Source: Alphaproteobacteria bacterium
Lineage (GTDB): Bacteria > Pseudomonadota > Alphaproteobacteria > JAAXGF01
Assembly: GCA_963555825.3 (NCBI GenBank)
Contig: CAUVXB020000002.1
Coordinates: 2,240,001-2,304,000, forward strand
Length of the DNA stretch: 64,000 bases
Direction of reading: 5' to 3'
The notes below the pieces were generated by a model, which saw nothing but the letters and a program-made list of their open reading frames with translations, searched no databases and had not been told where the DNA came from. Position numbers and translations under genes: made by a program. The stretch's first letter is position 1. Every line of letters starts with the position of its first letter. This document shows positions 53,202 to 64,000 of the stretch, piece by piece.

Positions 53202-54068
53202 ATACCAGTGAGCGCCTGAATTGACTCTCGGGATATTCATTGATGGCGGATGATGGCGGATTGTGATTCTATGGTCTCCCACCAGATGTGGGGGATGTCA
53301 TGGGATCAGCACTCAAGATACGGGATGATTTGACGCCTTTGGAGCTTCGGCGCTGGGCTCGCGTGGAATCGTACGGTCGAGCGGCGGCGCGGGCCTATGG
53401 GATCGCGAATGCTTTGGAGGAGATGCCCCGGGCTGATGCCGCGCGGCTTGCGGGGATGGATCGCCAAACGCTTCGCGACGCGGTTGTTCGTTACAATGCA
53501 AAGGGATTGGAGGGGCTTCACGACCGTCCAAAGGGCTACTCGCCGCGGCGGCTGACGGCAGACGAGGAAGCGGCGCTGGCGGCGGTCATCATCGCCGGGC
53601 CGGAGCCTGAGCGCGACGGGGTTTGCGCCTGGACCCGGGCCGATCTGTGCCGCTGGCTGGAGGAGCGCTTCGCCAAGACCTACCACCCCTCGAGCATGAC
53701 CCGGGTTCTACGGCGGATGGGATTTTCCCGCCAGAAGGCGCGCCCGAGCCACCCGCGAAGGGACGCCGAAGCGCAGGAGCGCTTCAAAAAAGGGGGCTTC
53801 GCGACATCCTGAAGGCGACCGCCGCGGCGCATCCCGACAAGCGCCTACAGCTGTGGTTTCAGGATGAAGCGCGCGTCGGCAACAAGGGCCGGGTGTGTCA
53901 CCGGTGGTGGCGCAGGGGCGAGCGTGCCCCCGGGACGCGTCAAATCGGCTACCAGTGGGCCTACATCTTCTCCGCCGTGCGCCCGGACACCGGCGACGAC
54001 GTCACCCTGGTGATGCCGAGCGTCAACGCCAAGGTCATGGACCTGTTTCTCGAACACTTCGCCGATAT
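53202..54068 (+). mobile_element. IS630-family element, type B, copy 3 (tandem, truncated by IS21)
   Basis: Starts after a shared TA; homology ends at the IS21 terminus. Confidence 0.9.
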
Positions 54069-54259
54069 TGTCAATGGCGGAGCAAAAAGGGACCACCTCG
54101 GCGGTGTAAGAAGGGACCGCTTGGCGGCTGCGGGCTTGTCCCCGTAGTCCACGGGAGGGCCCCGCGCGCGACGCGGCGTGCCCTCAACAGGCTGACGCGG
54201 CGGCGCGCGCGGGAGGGACCTGTGGGCCCACGGGGTCAAGCGTGGGCTGGGTGGTCGGT

Positions 54260-55024
54260 TCAGTTAGCAGTCGGGGTTTGACGCCTGCGGCTCTGGTTGA
54301 GCCTGTAGCTGTCACCGTTCATCTCGAGGATGTTGACGTGGTGGGTGAGGCGATCGAGGAGCGCGCCGGTGAGGCGCTCGGAGCCGAACACCTCGGTCCA
54401 TTCGTCGAAGGGCAGATTGGTGGTGACCAGGGTCGAGCCCCGCTCGTAGCGTTGGCTGAACACCTCGAACAACAGCTCGGCGCCGGTCTTCGACAGCGGC
54501 ACGAAGCCGAGTTCGTCGACGATCAGAAGCTTGTAGGTGGCGAGCTTCTTCTGGAACCTCAGCAGCTGCTTGTCATCGCGGGCCTCGATGAGTTCGTGGA
54601 CCAGCGCGGCGGCGGTGATGAAGCCGACCGAGAGGCCCTTCTGGCAGGCCGCCAGGCCGAGACCGAGGGCGATGTGGGTCTTGCCGGTCCCACTGTTGCC
54701 GAGCGCGATGAGGTTCTCGCGGCGCTCGATGTACTCGCAGCGGGCCAGCTCCAGGACCAGCGCCTTGTTGAGCGAGGGGATGACCTTGAAGTCGAAGCTG
54801 TCGAGGCTCTTGACCACGGGGAAGCGCGCCGCCTTGATGCGCCGCTCGACCATGCGGCGCTCGCGGTCGATCAGCTCGAGCTCGGCGAGTCTCAACAGGT
54901 AGCGGACGTGATCGACGCCTTCCGAGGCGCACTGCCGGGCGATCTTGTCGTACTCGCGCAGGAAGGTCGGCAGCTTCAGCGTCTTGAGGTGGTGGGCGAG
55001 CAGCACTTGCGGTGTGTCGGTCAT
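54260..55024 (-). CDS. istB: IS21 helper ATPase IstB
   Basis: [25 protein letters not shown]. Confidence 0.93.
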   Translation of the reverse strand: MTDTPQVLLAHHLKTLKLPTFLREYDKIARQCASEGVDHVRYLLRLAELELIDRERRMVERRIKAARFPVVKSLDSFDFKVIPSLNKALVLELARCEYIERRENLIALGNSGTGKTHIALGLGLAACQKGLSVGFITAAALVHELIEARDDKQLLRFQKKLATYKLLIVDELGFVPLSKTGAELLFEVFSQRYERGSTLVTTNLPFDEWTEVFGSERLTGALLDRLTHHVNILEMNGDSYRLNQSRRRQTPTAN

Positions 55025-55699
55025 GCGCCGAGCCCCGACAGCAGGCTCATGTACGACTTGGCGGACGTCATCGCGACCCGGGCGCGCGGCAGATACGGAT
55101 AGACGTCGAGGTTGAGCCTGGGCGGCCGCCGCTCGATGCGGCACAGTACCAGGTGCTTCACCGCATCAAAGCCGATTGCGCCGAGCCGCAGGGCGTCGCC
55201 GACCGCACCCTCGACCTCCTCGAGCCGGAAGGTCTCCAGTAGACGGAGCACCTGGACGTACTCGCGCTTGCCTGCCTTGCCCATACGAGCTTCGAGGAGC
55301 CGCCGCAGAGTGATGAAGGCCTCGGGCAGGTCCCAGCCCGCCAATGGCGCGGCCTGGTCGAGGGCGCCGATCTTCTGCTCGATCAAGGGCAGGTAATGCA
55401 GCGGGTCGAAGATCAGGTCCTCGCTGTCGTAGGACCGGCGGTGCCGGGCGATCACCTCGGCCCCGCAGCTGATCACCACCTCATCGACGTAGCCCCGGAT
55501 GAGCACCTCACGGTGGCCGTAGGCCACGGGCACGGAATAGTCGTTGCTGCGGTAACGCACCAGCGACAGCGAACTCGCCCGTCCAGGGCGCTTATCGCAG
55601 GCATCATAGGGAGCAGGCGGCAATGGCAAGAGAACTTGACGATCCCGCTCGAGACGCTCGCCGATGGTCTCCTTATATGAGGCGTTTGCTGTCAAGGTG

Positions 55700-55989
55700 G
55701 ATTTAATCTACGCCACATGATCGTCTCTTCCATTGGTTATGGCTTTGTATCCAGGGCGGGTCTTGCGATGAGTTCCGTGTTTCGTGCGAGTGATCGCATC
55801 ACCTTATATCCGGCAGCTCCGATCCGGCTTGCCACAATGCTGTATACATGGACCATCACAGGACGGGGATGGGACTAATCTTGTGGACGGCACCTTCGCC
55901 AAGGAGACATGCAGTCACACATCCAACCTGCCAACAAGCGTTCCCATCGGGGAATGAAGCCCGTTAGAACGCTGAGCTGATCCGCAGTC
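55700..55989 (-). ncRNA. Putative seek/bridge RNA of the IS1111-type element
   Basis: Guide-like segments at 55900-55908, 55880-55886, 55837-55841 and 55803-55809 match the target and donor halves; RNA ends are approximate. Confidence 0.75.
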
Positions 55990-57123
55990 CTATTTGACGA
56001 CAGCACCCACCGGGATCAGCCCGGTTTCCAGATACCGCCAAAGCGCGATCGCCAGTTTGCGGGCCAGGGCGACGATCATGACGCGCCTGATGCGCCCCTT
56101 CTGACCTTGGGTGCGGTCATGGAACCACTGGGTCAGAGCGCTATCGGGTTGATGGCGGACCCAAAGCCATGCGGCTTCGATCATGGCAACCCGTGCCAGC
56201 CGATTGCCCGCCTTGGAGATGCCTTGGCTGCGGCGCCCGTCGCCGCTGTCATAGGCACTGGGCGTGATCCCGATATAGCTTGCCACCTGTCGGCGATTGG
56301 CGAACTGGCGATAATAGACTTCCCGTGCGAGCGTCGTGGATAAGGCCGGGCCGAGGCCCTTTAAGCGCAGCAGCTGGTGACGCTTGCTTTCCGTGGCCAC
56401 ACACGGTGTCGGCGCTTGATCACGCTCACGCTCGACCTCGACGATCTGCGCTTGGACCTGGGCCAGTCTCGCGATCTCCCGCGCGATCTCGCGGCCGAGA
56501 CGGTCCGGCAGGGGTCGGCCGTCTCCGGTGACCAGCGCCGCCGGTGTCAAGGTCTTGTAGCGCGCCTTGACATTGATGCCGCGAATGCCCTGACCGAATA
56601 GCAGACCCTTGATCCGGTTGATGTGGGCGGTTCGCTCGCGGACCAATCGGTCACGTTCCCGATGAGAGCGGCGAAGGTCCTCCTCCGCGACGCTCGGAAT
56701 CACCACCATGGAGCAGACATGACGCTCGCCGCGGCACCAGGCGATCAGCGTATGAAGAATATTCTCGACATCGATGCGGTCGGTCTTCACCCGCCGCGCC
56801 CGGCGGTTGACCCGCAAGCTGGCCGGCTCCATGACCAGACACTCGATGCCGCGCTGCTCGAGGAACCGCGCCAACCAGAAGCCGTCGTAGCCGGCCTCGT
56901 AGCACAGCGTTATCGTCGGCGTTCGACCCGTCACCTTGACCACCCGGTCCCGCGCCGCGTCCAGCTTGGCCATCAGTCCTTCAGCGTCGCCGCCCTTGAT
57001 CGGATGCAAGCTCGGATTGCCCCGCCCCGGAGCCTGGATCGCCAAAAGCCAGCTGTTCTTGCTCAACTCCAGTGCCGCATAAATAGCGTGTTCATTGGAG
57101 GTCGATACCGGAAACTGTGCCAT
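55990..57123 (-). CDS. IS110-family DEDD recombinase
   Basis: ALELSK, CYEAG, KTDRID, PSAYDSG, ISKAGN, ALARKL. Confidence 0.93.
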   Translation of the reverse strand: MAQFPVSTSNEHAIYAALELSKNSWLLAIQAPGRGNPSLHPIKGGDAEGLMAKLDAARDRVVKVTGRTPTITLCYEAGYDGFWLARFLEQRGIECLVMEPASLRVNRRARRVKTDRIDVENILHTLIAWCRGERHVCSMVVIPSVAEEDLRRSHRERDRLVRERTAHINRIKGLLFGQGIRGINVKARYKTLTPAALVTGDGRPLPDRLGREIAREIARLAQVQAQIVEVERERDQAPTPCVATESKRHQLLRLKGLGPALSTTLAREVYYRQFANRRQVASYIGITPSAYDSGDGRRSQGISKAGNRLARVAMIEAAWLWVRHQPDSALTQWFHDRTQGQKGRIRRVMIVALARKLAIALWRYLETGLIPVGAVVK

Positions 57124-58162
57124 CGTGTCGCTCCTTCTGATCGAGGTTGAAATAATCGAAGGAGCTTGAGGCTGCGTCCTTCAGCCTCATAGCATCTTGT
57201 GGCCCCGCAGCCGCGCCGCCTGGCGCCGGCGGCACTGTTCGGCGAGAGCATCGTTGAGGGCCGCGAAGCTCTCGGCACGCGGGACGGGGACCAGGAAGTT
57301 CCGCCGGATGAAGCCGACCAGTCCCTCGACCTTGCCCTTGTCGTTGCCCTTGCCCGGCCGGCCGAACCTGTCCTCGAACAGATAGTGGGACTGAAGCTCC
57401 GTGAAGACGCGCGTTCGCTGCCGCTTCCCATCGCCCAGGATCCGGGCAACCGCCAGCTTGGTGTTGTCGTACAGGATGGATCGGGGGACGCCGCCGAAGA
57501 AGGCAAACGCCGCGTTGTGGCCATCGCAGAATGCTTCGGTCGTCTCCGCCGGATAGGCCGCAACAAAGCAACCATCACTGTGGGGAAGGTCGAAGGCAAG
57601 GAAGTGGATCTTCCGTAACGCGCCGCCGATCACCGCCATCGCTTCGCCGAAGTCCGCCTGGGCGTGACCGGGGGAATGGGAGAGTGGCACGAACACCTCA
57701 CGCGACCGAAGCCCCTGCTCACGAACGTAGTCCTTCACGATGGTGTAGCCGCCCGTGAAACCGTACTCGTCCCGGAGGCGGTCGAAGATGCGCTTCGCAG
57801 TGTGCCGTTGCTTGCGGTGGCTGGTCCGATCGTCTTCCAAGATCCGATCGATGATTCCCGTGAACGGACCCAGCTTTGGCCGCCTCGGCGGCGCGCTTCG
57901 GCGATACCCTGGCGGCACCGAGAACGACAGCATCTTACGGACCGTCTTGCGGTCTACACCAAACACCCGCGAGGCCTCGCGGGTGCTCATCCCCTCGACA
58001 TGACACGCCCGCCGAACCCGTGCGTACAACTCCACCCGATACATCCCCCCCGCCTTCCAGTCAGAGCAACCCTGACAGAAGGCTATACGCGGTCCCATTT
58101 TGGTCCGCCGCAGCCGGATCGACCGGCCGCTTCAGTGGGGGATTATTGCTCTGCCCTTCTCA

Positions 58163-58925
58163 AGCATGCGGAACGTCCTGCCATCGTGTGTGCGGGCCAT
58201 GACGAAGTCATAGGCCCAGACATGGTTCGGCCAGCTCGGTCGCAGACGGATGCAGGACCCGTCGTTGAGCCACAGTCGGCCTCTCTTGGGTTGCTTTACA
58301 GGCACCTTCAGCCCCTCCCGTCGCCAGATGCGTTCGACCCGCTTGTGGTTCACGTGCCAACCATCTCCGCGGAGCAGCGCCGTGACCCGGCGATAGCCGT
58401 AGCGGCCATACTCACTGGCTAGCCGCACGATCGCCTCGGTGAGCGCCGCCTCATCGTCAGCCCCGACACGTCGATAGCGTTGCGTCGAGCGTGGCTGTCC
58501 GATGACCTGGCACACCCGGCGCTCGGGTAATCCATATCGTGTGCAGACATGCACAACACAGCGCCGGCGACGCTCGGGGCTTAGAAGTTTCCCTCGGCGG
58601 CTTCCTTCAGGATCAGTTTATCCAGCGTCAGATCGGCGACGGCTCGCCTGAGATGTGTGTTCTCCCGCTCGAGCTCCTTGAAGCGTCGGGCCTGCCCAAC
58701 CTTCAGGCCGCCGTACTCCTTGCGCCACCGATAGTACGTCTGCTCGGCGATGCCCAAGGTCCGGCACACTTCGGGCACCGTGTGACCGCTCGCCAGGCCG
58801 ACTTCAGCCTCACGCAGCTTGCTGATGATCTGTTCCGCGGTATGTCGCTTCCGTGGCATCTTGACCTCCTCTCCAACGGCCCAAGACTAACATTCCGCCT
58901 GGGCCAGGTTTTGGGGGGCAGGTCA
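58163..58925 (-). mobile_element. IS3-family (IS407-like) element, truncated copy
   Basis: Near-identical to 62485-63760; orfA 58581-58859; orfB cut by IS21. Confidence 0.9.
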
Positions 58926-58994
58926 ATCCCAGAGGACATGCTCACGGTCCCGGGGTTCGAGGGCGTCGACGGTTCGTTTGGTGATCTTGGCCAT
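58926..58994 (-). pseudogene. N-terminal stub of an arm-type tyrosine integrase
   Basis: MAKITKRTVDALEPRDREHVLWD preceded by GGAG; cut by the IS3 end. Confidence 0.65.
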
Positions 58995-59159
58995 GGCACA
59001 CTCCGTTTCTCGTTGCCTTATGGGAACCGCATGGGTACCCACAGGATGCAAACCGGAGTGTATTATAGTCGGCGACTGGCGGGTCGAAAAGACCCTAACA
59101 CCATGTAATATCGCATCTATCGTATGACATGTACCGACTAGTCACGACATCCCATGATG

Positions 59160-60189
59160 ATTGCCGATCACCAGCCGTTCTACTGCCAGACTGAAGCCTA
59201 CCGGCGCGAGGGGATCGATCTCGACCGCACCATGCTGGGCAACTGGGCCGGGCGCGGGGTGCAGTTCCTGGCTCCCGGTCATCGACCGGATGATCGACCA
59301 CCTCAAGGCGTCCGACTGCCTGTTCATGGACGAGGCCACGGTACCGGTGCTGGCGCCGGGGACCGGGCAGACCCGTCTCGACTATCTGTGGGCGATCGCC
59401 CGCGATCAGCGCGGCCATGGCGGTCCCGACCCGCCGATCGTGGAGTTCCACCACTCGCGCAATCGCAGCGCCAAGGTCGCCCTGGAACTGATGCGCGACT
59501 ATGCCGGCGGCGACCCGCTGCATGTCGATGGCTACACAGTGTACGACGCGCTCGGCGATCCGGGACGGGTCTCCAACCCATGGGATCTCGCATACTGTTG
59601 GGTCCACTGGCGGAGACGGTTTGTGGAGTTCCAGCGCGGCACGGCGTCGCCCGTGTGCGAGGAGATACTCGGACGCATCGCGGCGCTGTCCCGGATAGAG
59701 GCCATGGTGCGCGGCCATCCACCGGAGCACCGGCTTAGGGTCCGACAGGAACTCTCGACGCCGATCGTCGAGGCCCTGCGGCCCTGGGTCGAAGCCCAGC
59801 TTGGGCGCCTGTCGAGCGCATCCGAGCTCGCCAGGCATATCCGATACGCCCTCAAGCGCTACTAGAACGGCCTGAGCCGGCTCCTCCATGACCGGCGTAT
59901 CGAGATGGACACCATTCCTGTCGGGAACCTCATCCGCCTGGTGAAGCTCACAAAGGAAAACGCACTCTTCGCCGACAGTGACGACGGCGCCAAAACCTGG
60001 GCGCGATGCGCCAGCCTGATCGGCACCTGCAAGCTCAACGGCGTCAACCCGCAGGCCTACCTGACCGACACCCTGAGCCGGATCGTCGACATGCACTCCA
60101 TGTCATTCCTCAACGATCTAATGCCCTGGAACTTCACCCCGGCAATCCCGACCGTCACTCGTCAAGAAGGTTAACGGCGCGGCGCTTAC
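59160..60189 (+). mobile_element. IS66 tnpC remnant with right end
   Basis: LFMDEA, LHVDGY, CWVHWRRRF, TCKLNGVNPQAYL; frameshift and TAG; ends GCTTAC. Confidence 0.8.
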
Positions 60190-60300
60190 GTTTGAACCGG
60201 TAGCTGTCGTTTCCGGTCTCGACGATGTGGCAATGGTGGGTTAGGCGATCGAGGAGAGCGGTTGTCATTTTCTCGTCGCTAAAGACCGTCGGCCATTCGG
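60190..60300 (-). pseudogene. IstB C-terminal fragment of a second IS21
   Basis: [36 protein letters not shown]. Confidence 0.75.
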
Positions 60301-60427
60301 CCTGGCTTTACGCCGTTGGCGCCATGTCGACGAGTTCATCCATGTGTTGACTGGGGGTTGACACAATTATTAAACCACAGACGTGGAAATTCATATATCT
60401 ATAACTAATTGATATTACACATATGTT

Positions 60428-61372
60428 TTATACAAGATTCAGATTCTTAAATATGTCGATCATATTATTCGTGATGCCAGAGCCAGGGAAGGCGACGAGG
60501 CCCTTCGGCAGGAAGTTCAGCAGGACGTCGTTACGCCGGAAGGGCGCGGCCTTGCCGTCTCTATCCCAGTTCGGCTTGCAGACGACCTGATGCACGCCGT
60601 TCTTCTCCGCCCAGCTTGCGGCGATCTTCTCCGCGCCGGGTCCGCCGCCGTGCAGCAGGACCATGTCCTCGTACTTGATCTTGATGCCGTCCAACGAGCG
60701 CCAGATGGCGGTGACGTCGCCGAAGTCCTTGCCGCCGGTGAAGGCGACCAGGGTGCCCTCGGGCAGATGCGCGCTGGTCTCGCGGTGTTCACGGGCGCGC
60801 AGGTAGTCGCGGGCGTCGATGGCGGCTGAAGTGAGTTTGCCGGTCTGGCTGCTGTGCGACCCGTTGCGCGGACGCCAGGTGTCGCCGGTCTCGGCGCGGT
60901 ATCCCTCGGCGGCGAGGTCGCGCATGGCCTCGAAGGCGTCGCGCCGGTCGCCGAGGTTCCGGACCCGGTCGGTCAGGAGTTCCAGTTCGCGCGACTTGAT
61001 CTCGGAGCCGTCCTGTTCGCGCTGGAGGTCTTTCATCTCGGGCGCGATCTTGTCGATGCCGCGGTCGAGGCGCTGGACCTGGGCGTGCAGCGTATTGACG
61101 AAACCCTAGAGCAGGCTCTCGCGTTCGTCGGCGAGCTGCGTGCCGTCCGGTGCGACGGCGCCGGCCAGAATGTGGATCGCTTCCTCGATCCCGGCAAGCG
61201 CCTCGTCCTCGTTCCAGATCTCTCGATTGTCGAACTCTTCGGGACCAGGGGTCGCGCCGAACAGGGCGGCCTGTTCGCAAGCCATTGCGGTCTGTGACGT
61301 TTCGGTGCTGATGAAGTCTTGCATGATTCTCTCCACTGCAATGTTGCTATCCTCCGAGGCGGGCTGCCCCAT
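60428..61372 (-). pseudogene. DUF2493 (SLOG-like) ICE/plasmid protein pseudogene
   Basis: LPEGTLVAFTGG, VLLHGG, AAPFRRND, FPGSGIT; internal TAG at 61106; C-terminus replaced. Confidence 0.8.
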
Positions 61373-61945
61373 CGTGATGACTCTTTGGGTCACGCGCTCG
61401 CAGCGGAGCCACGATGGCCGGAATGCCTGCGCTGGGGGGATGCGCGAGTGGTGCGGGCGCAGGGAGCGAAGCGAGCGAGCCACGGTCGCGTATTCAACCG
61501 GCGCTAGCCGCGCAGCGGCGTGGCATTGCGCGCTATCGCCGTAACGGAGCGCGAGCGGAGTGGAGGACCTCGCAGGGGTTGGCGCAGTGAGAACGTGTGG
61601 GACAATGAGACATCATGACGGGTTAATTATTCTCCCACTCCCACGACTCTCTTCCACCGTGACCGCGGGCTGGATGCTTGCAATAGGGGGCACAATCCGG
61701 GCCGCAAGGGTGCCGGCGCAGATGGCATTAAGGTTGTCATTTAATTCGGAGCGGGCGGGAGCGACCACTATTAGGGGAATGCCGCGTTCCGCAGAGAGGT
61801 ACAGAAGATGTTTTGCAGCGCGTTCGCACAGCGCGCCCGGTATGGAGGTTTTTCCTGGACTCGAAGAGGACTACATAAAAAATGGCCGGTCCCACGCCGA
61901 GTTGGCGGGAACCGGCCCTGGGGTATGCGGGAGAAGAAAACCAGC

Positions 61946-62382
61946 TTAGAAGGGGATCTCGCTGTCATCCACCGTCGTGGCGGTTTCGGCGGCCGGCGCG
62001 GCGTCGCCGTTCATCGCCGGCGCGCCGTTGCCGTTCGGCTTGTCGAGAAACTGGACCCTGCCGCCGGGGACTAGGAGGATCTCGGTCGAGAACCGGTCGC
62101 TGTCCTCGCCGTCCTTGCGCCACTTGCGGTTTGCAGCTTGCCCGAGACGTAGACCAGGCGGCCCTTCTTCGCGTGCTTCTCCAGCATCTCCACCAGGCCG
62201 TCCTGGAAGGTGACGATGCGGTGCCACTCGGTGCGGTCCACCTTGTCCCCCGAATTTCTATCGAGGTAGCTCTCGTCGGTCGCGATCGAGACGTTGGCCA
62301 CGCGGCCGCCGTTGGTGAGATGGCTGATGGTGGCGTAGGCGCCGAGGCGTCCGATCAACTGTGCGTTATTCAGTCCGAACAT
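61946..62382 (-). pseudogene. ssb: Single-stranded DNA-binding protein, frameshifted
   Basis: NNAQLIGRLG, TEWHRIV, acidic tip DDSEIPF in another frame. Confidence 0.85.
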
Positions 62383-62484
62383 GATCAATCTCCTATAATC
62401 CGGGTTATGACATCGGGTTAGCGAACGGGAACCGGTCTCTCTCGATCCCTTCTCCGTTCATCCTCTCTAAAAGCCCTTCTCTTC

Positions 62485-63760
62485 TGACCTGCCCCCCAAA
62501 ACCTGGCCCAGGCGGAATGTTAGTCTTGGGCCGTTGGAGAGGAGGTCAAGATGCCACGGAAGCGACATACCGCGGAACAGATCATCAGCAAGCTGCGTGA
62601 GGCTGAAGTCGGCCTAGCAGGCGGTCACACGGTGCCCGAAGTGTGCCGGACCTTGGGCATCGCCGAGCAGACGTACTATCGGTGGCGCAAGGAGTACGGC
62701 GGCCTGAAGGTTGGGCAAGCCCGACGCTTCAAGGAGCTTGAGCGGGAGAACACACATCTCAGGCGAGCCGTCGCCGATCTAACGCTGGATAAACTGATCC
62801 TGAAGGAAGCCGCCGAGGGAAACTTCTAAGCCCCGAGCGTCGCCGGCGCTGTGTTGAGCATGTCTGCACACGATATGGATTACCCGAGCGTCGCGTGTGC
62901 CAGGTCATCGGACAGCCACGCTCGACGCAACGCTATCGACGTGTCGGGGCTGACGATGAGGCGGCGCTCACCGAGGCGATCGTGCGGCTAGCCAGTGAGT
63001 ATGGCCGCTACGGCTATCGCCGGGTCACGGCGCTGCTCCGCGGAGATGGTTGGCACGTGAACCACAAGCGGGTCGAACGCATCTGGCGACGGGAGGGGCT
63101 GAAGGTGCCTGTAAAGCAACCCAAGAGAGGCCGACTGTGGCTCAACGACGGGTCCTGCATCCGTCTGCGGCCGAGCTGGCCGAACCATGTCTGGGCCTAT
63201 GACTTCGTCATGGCCCGCACACACGATGGCAGGACGTTCCGCATGCTGACGATCATCGACGAGTGGACCAGGGAGTGCCTGGCGATCGACGTCGCCCGGC
63301 ACCTGCGATCCGACGACGTGCTGTATCGCCTGGCGGCACTGTTCGTCGACCGGGGGCCACCGGACCACATCCGCTCGGACAACGGCAGCGAGTTCACCGC
63401 CAAGGCCGTCCGTGACTGGCTGGCGAGAGTCGGTGTGACGACGCTCTACATCGCGCCGGGGAGTCCCTGGGAGAACGGCTACAACGAATCATTCAACGGC
63501 AAGCTCGGAGACGAGCTGCTCGACGGTGAGATATTCTACTCGCTCACGGAAGCTCAGGTGCTGATCGAGCGATGGCGATATCACTACAACACGGTCAGGC
63601 CGCACAGTGCGCTGGGCTATAGACCCCCGGCGCCACAAGCCATCGTGCCTAAACGGACTGATCCGGCCTTCGCGATTGATGGGCTACAGCCGGATCAGCC
63701 CTTCCCAAAAACCGTGCCAGGACTAACATAGGAACTGGTACAAAGAATGGGGGCAGGCCA
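62485..63760 (+). mobile_element. IS3-family (IS407-like) element, complete (orfA 62551-62829, orfB to 63731)
   Basis: Ends TGACCTGCCCCC / GGGGGCAGGCCA; [26 protein letters not shown]. Confidence 0.93.
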
Positions 63761-63938
63761 CGGTGTAAGTCCGGGAAGCGAGAACCTCACGGATCGCGTG
63801 GGCTGGCACTCCGGCCGCGGCCAGTAATTCGCCGCTGTCGGGCAATGGTGCGGTAAAGCGTGGATCGGTATCTTCGATGCTGCCGGGGTCCGGCTGGATG
63901 TCGAAGGAGTTTGCAATTGTGAGAATGGAATTGAACAT
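63761..63938 (-). pseudogene. 5' part of a hypothetical gene cut by IS3
   Basis: ATG preceded by AGGAGG; the frame runs into the IS end. Confidence 0.4.
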
Positions 63939-64000
63939 GTGCGCCTCCTGTGTGTGGGGTTGGGACGCCACCGGCGGAACTCTCTTTGTCGCCTCTGGCG

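Larger units (their letters stand above)
55675..57198 (-). mobile_element. IS1111-type (IS110 family) element with a 3' non-coding region
   Basis: Sub-terminal inverted repeat TATGAGGC / GCCTCATA; AAG core at both junctions; TTGACA near the right end. Confidence 0.9.
55021..58044 (-). pseudogene. istA: IS21 transposase IstA split at RLRGHK|ETIGERL
   Basis: AQADFG, ILYDN, KGKVE in the 5' half; halves rejoin in frame across an AAG core. Confidence 0.9.
54069..58162 (-). mobile_element. IS21-family element interrupted by an IS1111-type element
   Basis: TG...CA ends; istA and istB overlap. Confidence 0.9.

Noticed and set aside
27143-61108. In-frame TAG codons in mcrB (27143), the IS66 remnant (59863) and DUF2493 (61106) as amber recoding
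   Set aside because: The same genes also carry frameshifts or truncations, each TAG is one substitution from GAG or TGG, and many intact genes here end in TAG
58163-63760. Composite transposon formed by the two IS407-like copies
   Set aside because: The left copy has lost its outer end, no shared duplication exists, and the enclosed genes are pseudogenes

Overview
High-GC window, most likely from an alphaproteobacterium (Rhodospirillales-like gene content; inferred). It has three parts. (1) 1-5 kb and 15.3-24.9 kb are core-type genes: a GcvA-like LysR, the cnoX-LON-Trm112-DUF971-methyltransferase operon, proX, tRNA-Gly(GCC), dehydrogenases, RraA, a carbamoylase-type hydrolase and a cupin. 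These are interspersed with non-coding elements: a c-di-GMP-I (GEMM) riboswitch before an unannotated 54-aa membrane protein, a candidate sRNA, a ~540-bp palindromic MITE and a dispersed ~135-bp repeat. (2) ~5.2-15.3 kb is a lower-GC islet with DUF1194, an IS630 and a family-5 (Opp/Dpp-like) ABC operon. (3) From ~25 kb to the end is a heavily decayed genomic island or ICE. It carries fic, an mcrB pseudogene, a split RlmJ-like methyltransferase, umuDC-like genes, ParB-like and GHKL genes, ssb, DUF2493 and an integrase stub, plus about 20 IS copies or fragments (IS3, IS6, IS21, IS30, IS66, IS110/IS1111, IS256, IS630, IS1380), many nested. The most notable signals are two IS110-family bridge/seek-RNA recombinases whose non-coding regions contain readable guides matching their own ends and their insertion sites inside other transposase genes (IS3 orfB catalytic motif; IS21 istA), the c-di-GMP riboswitch/small-protein unit, and a UmuD-like protein lacking both its cleavable arm and its catalytic dyad. 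All calls come from reading the sequence; no database searches were run.
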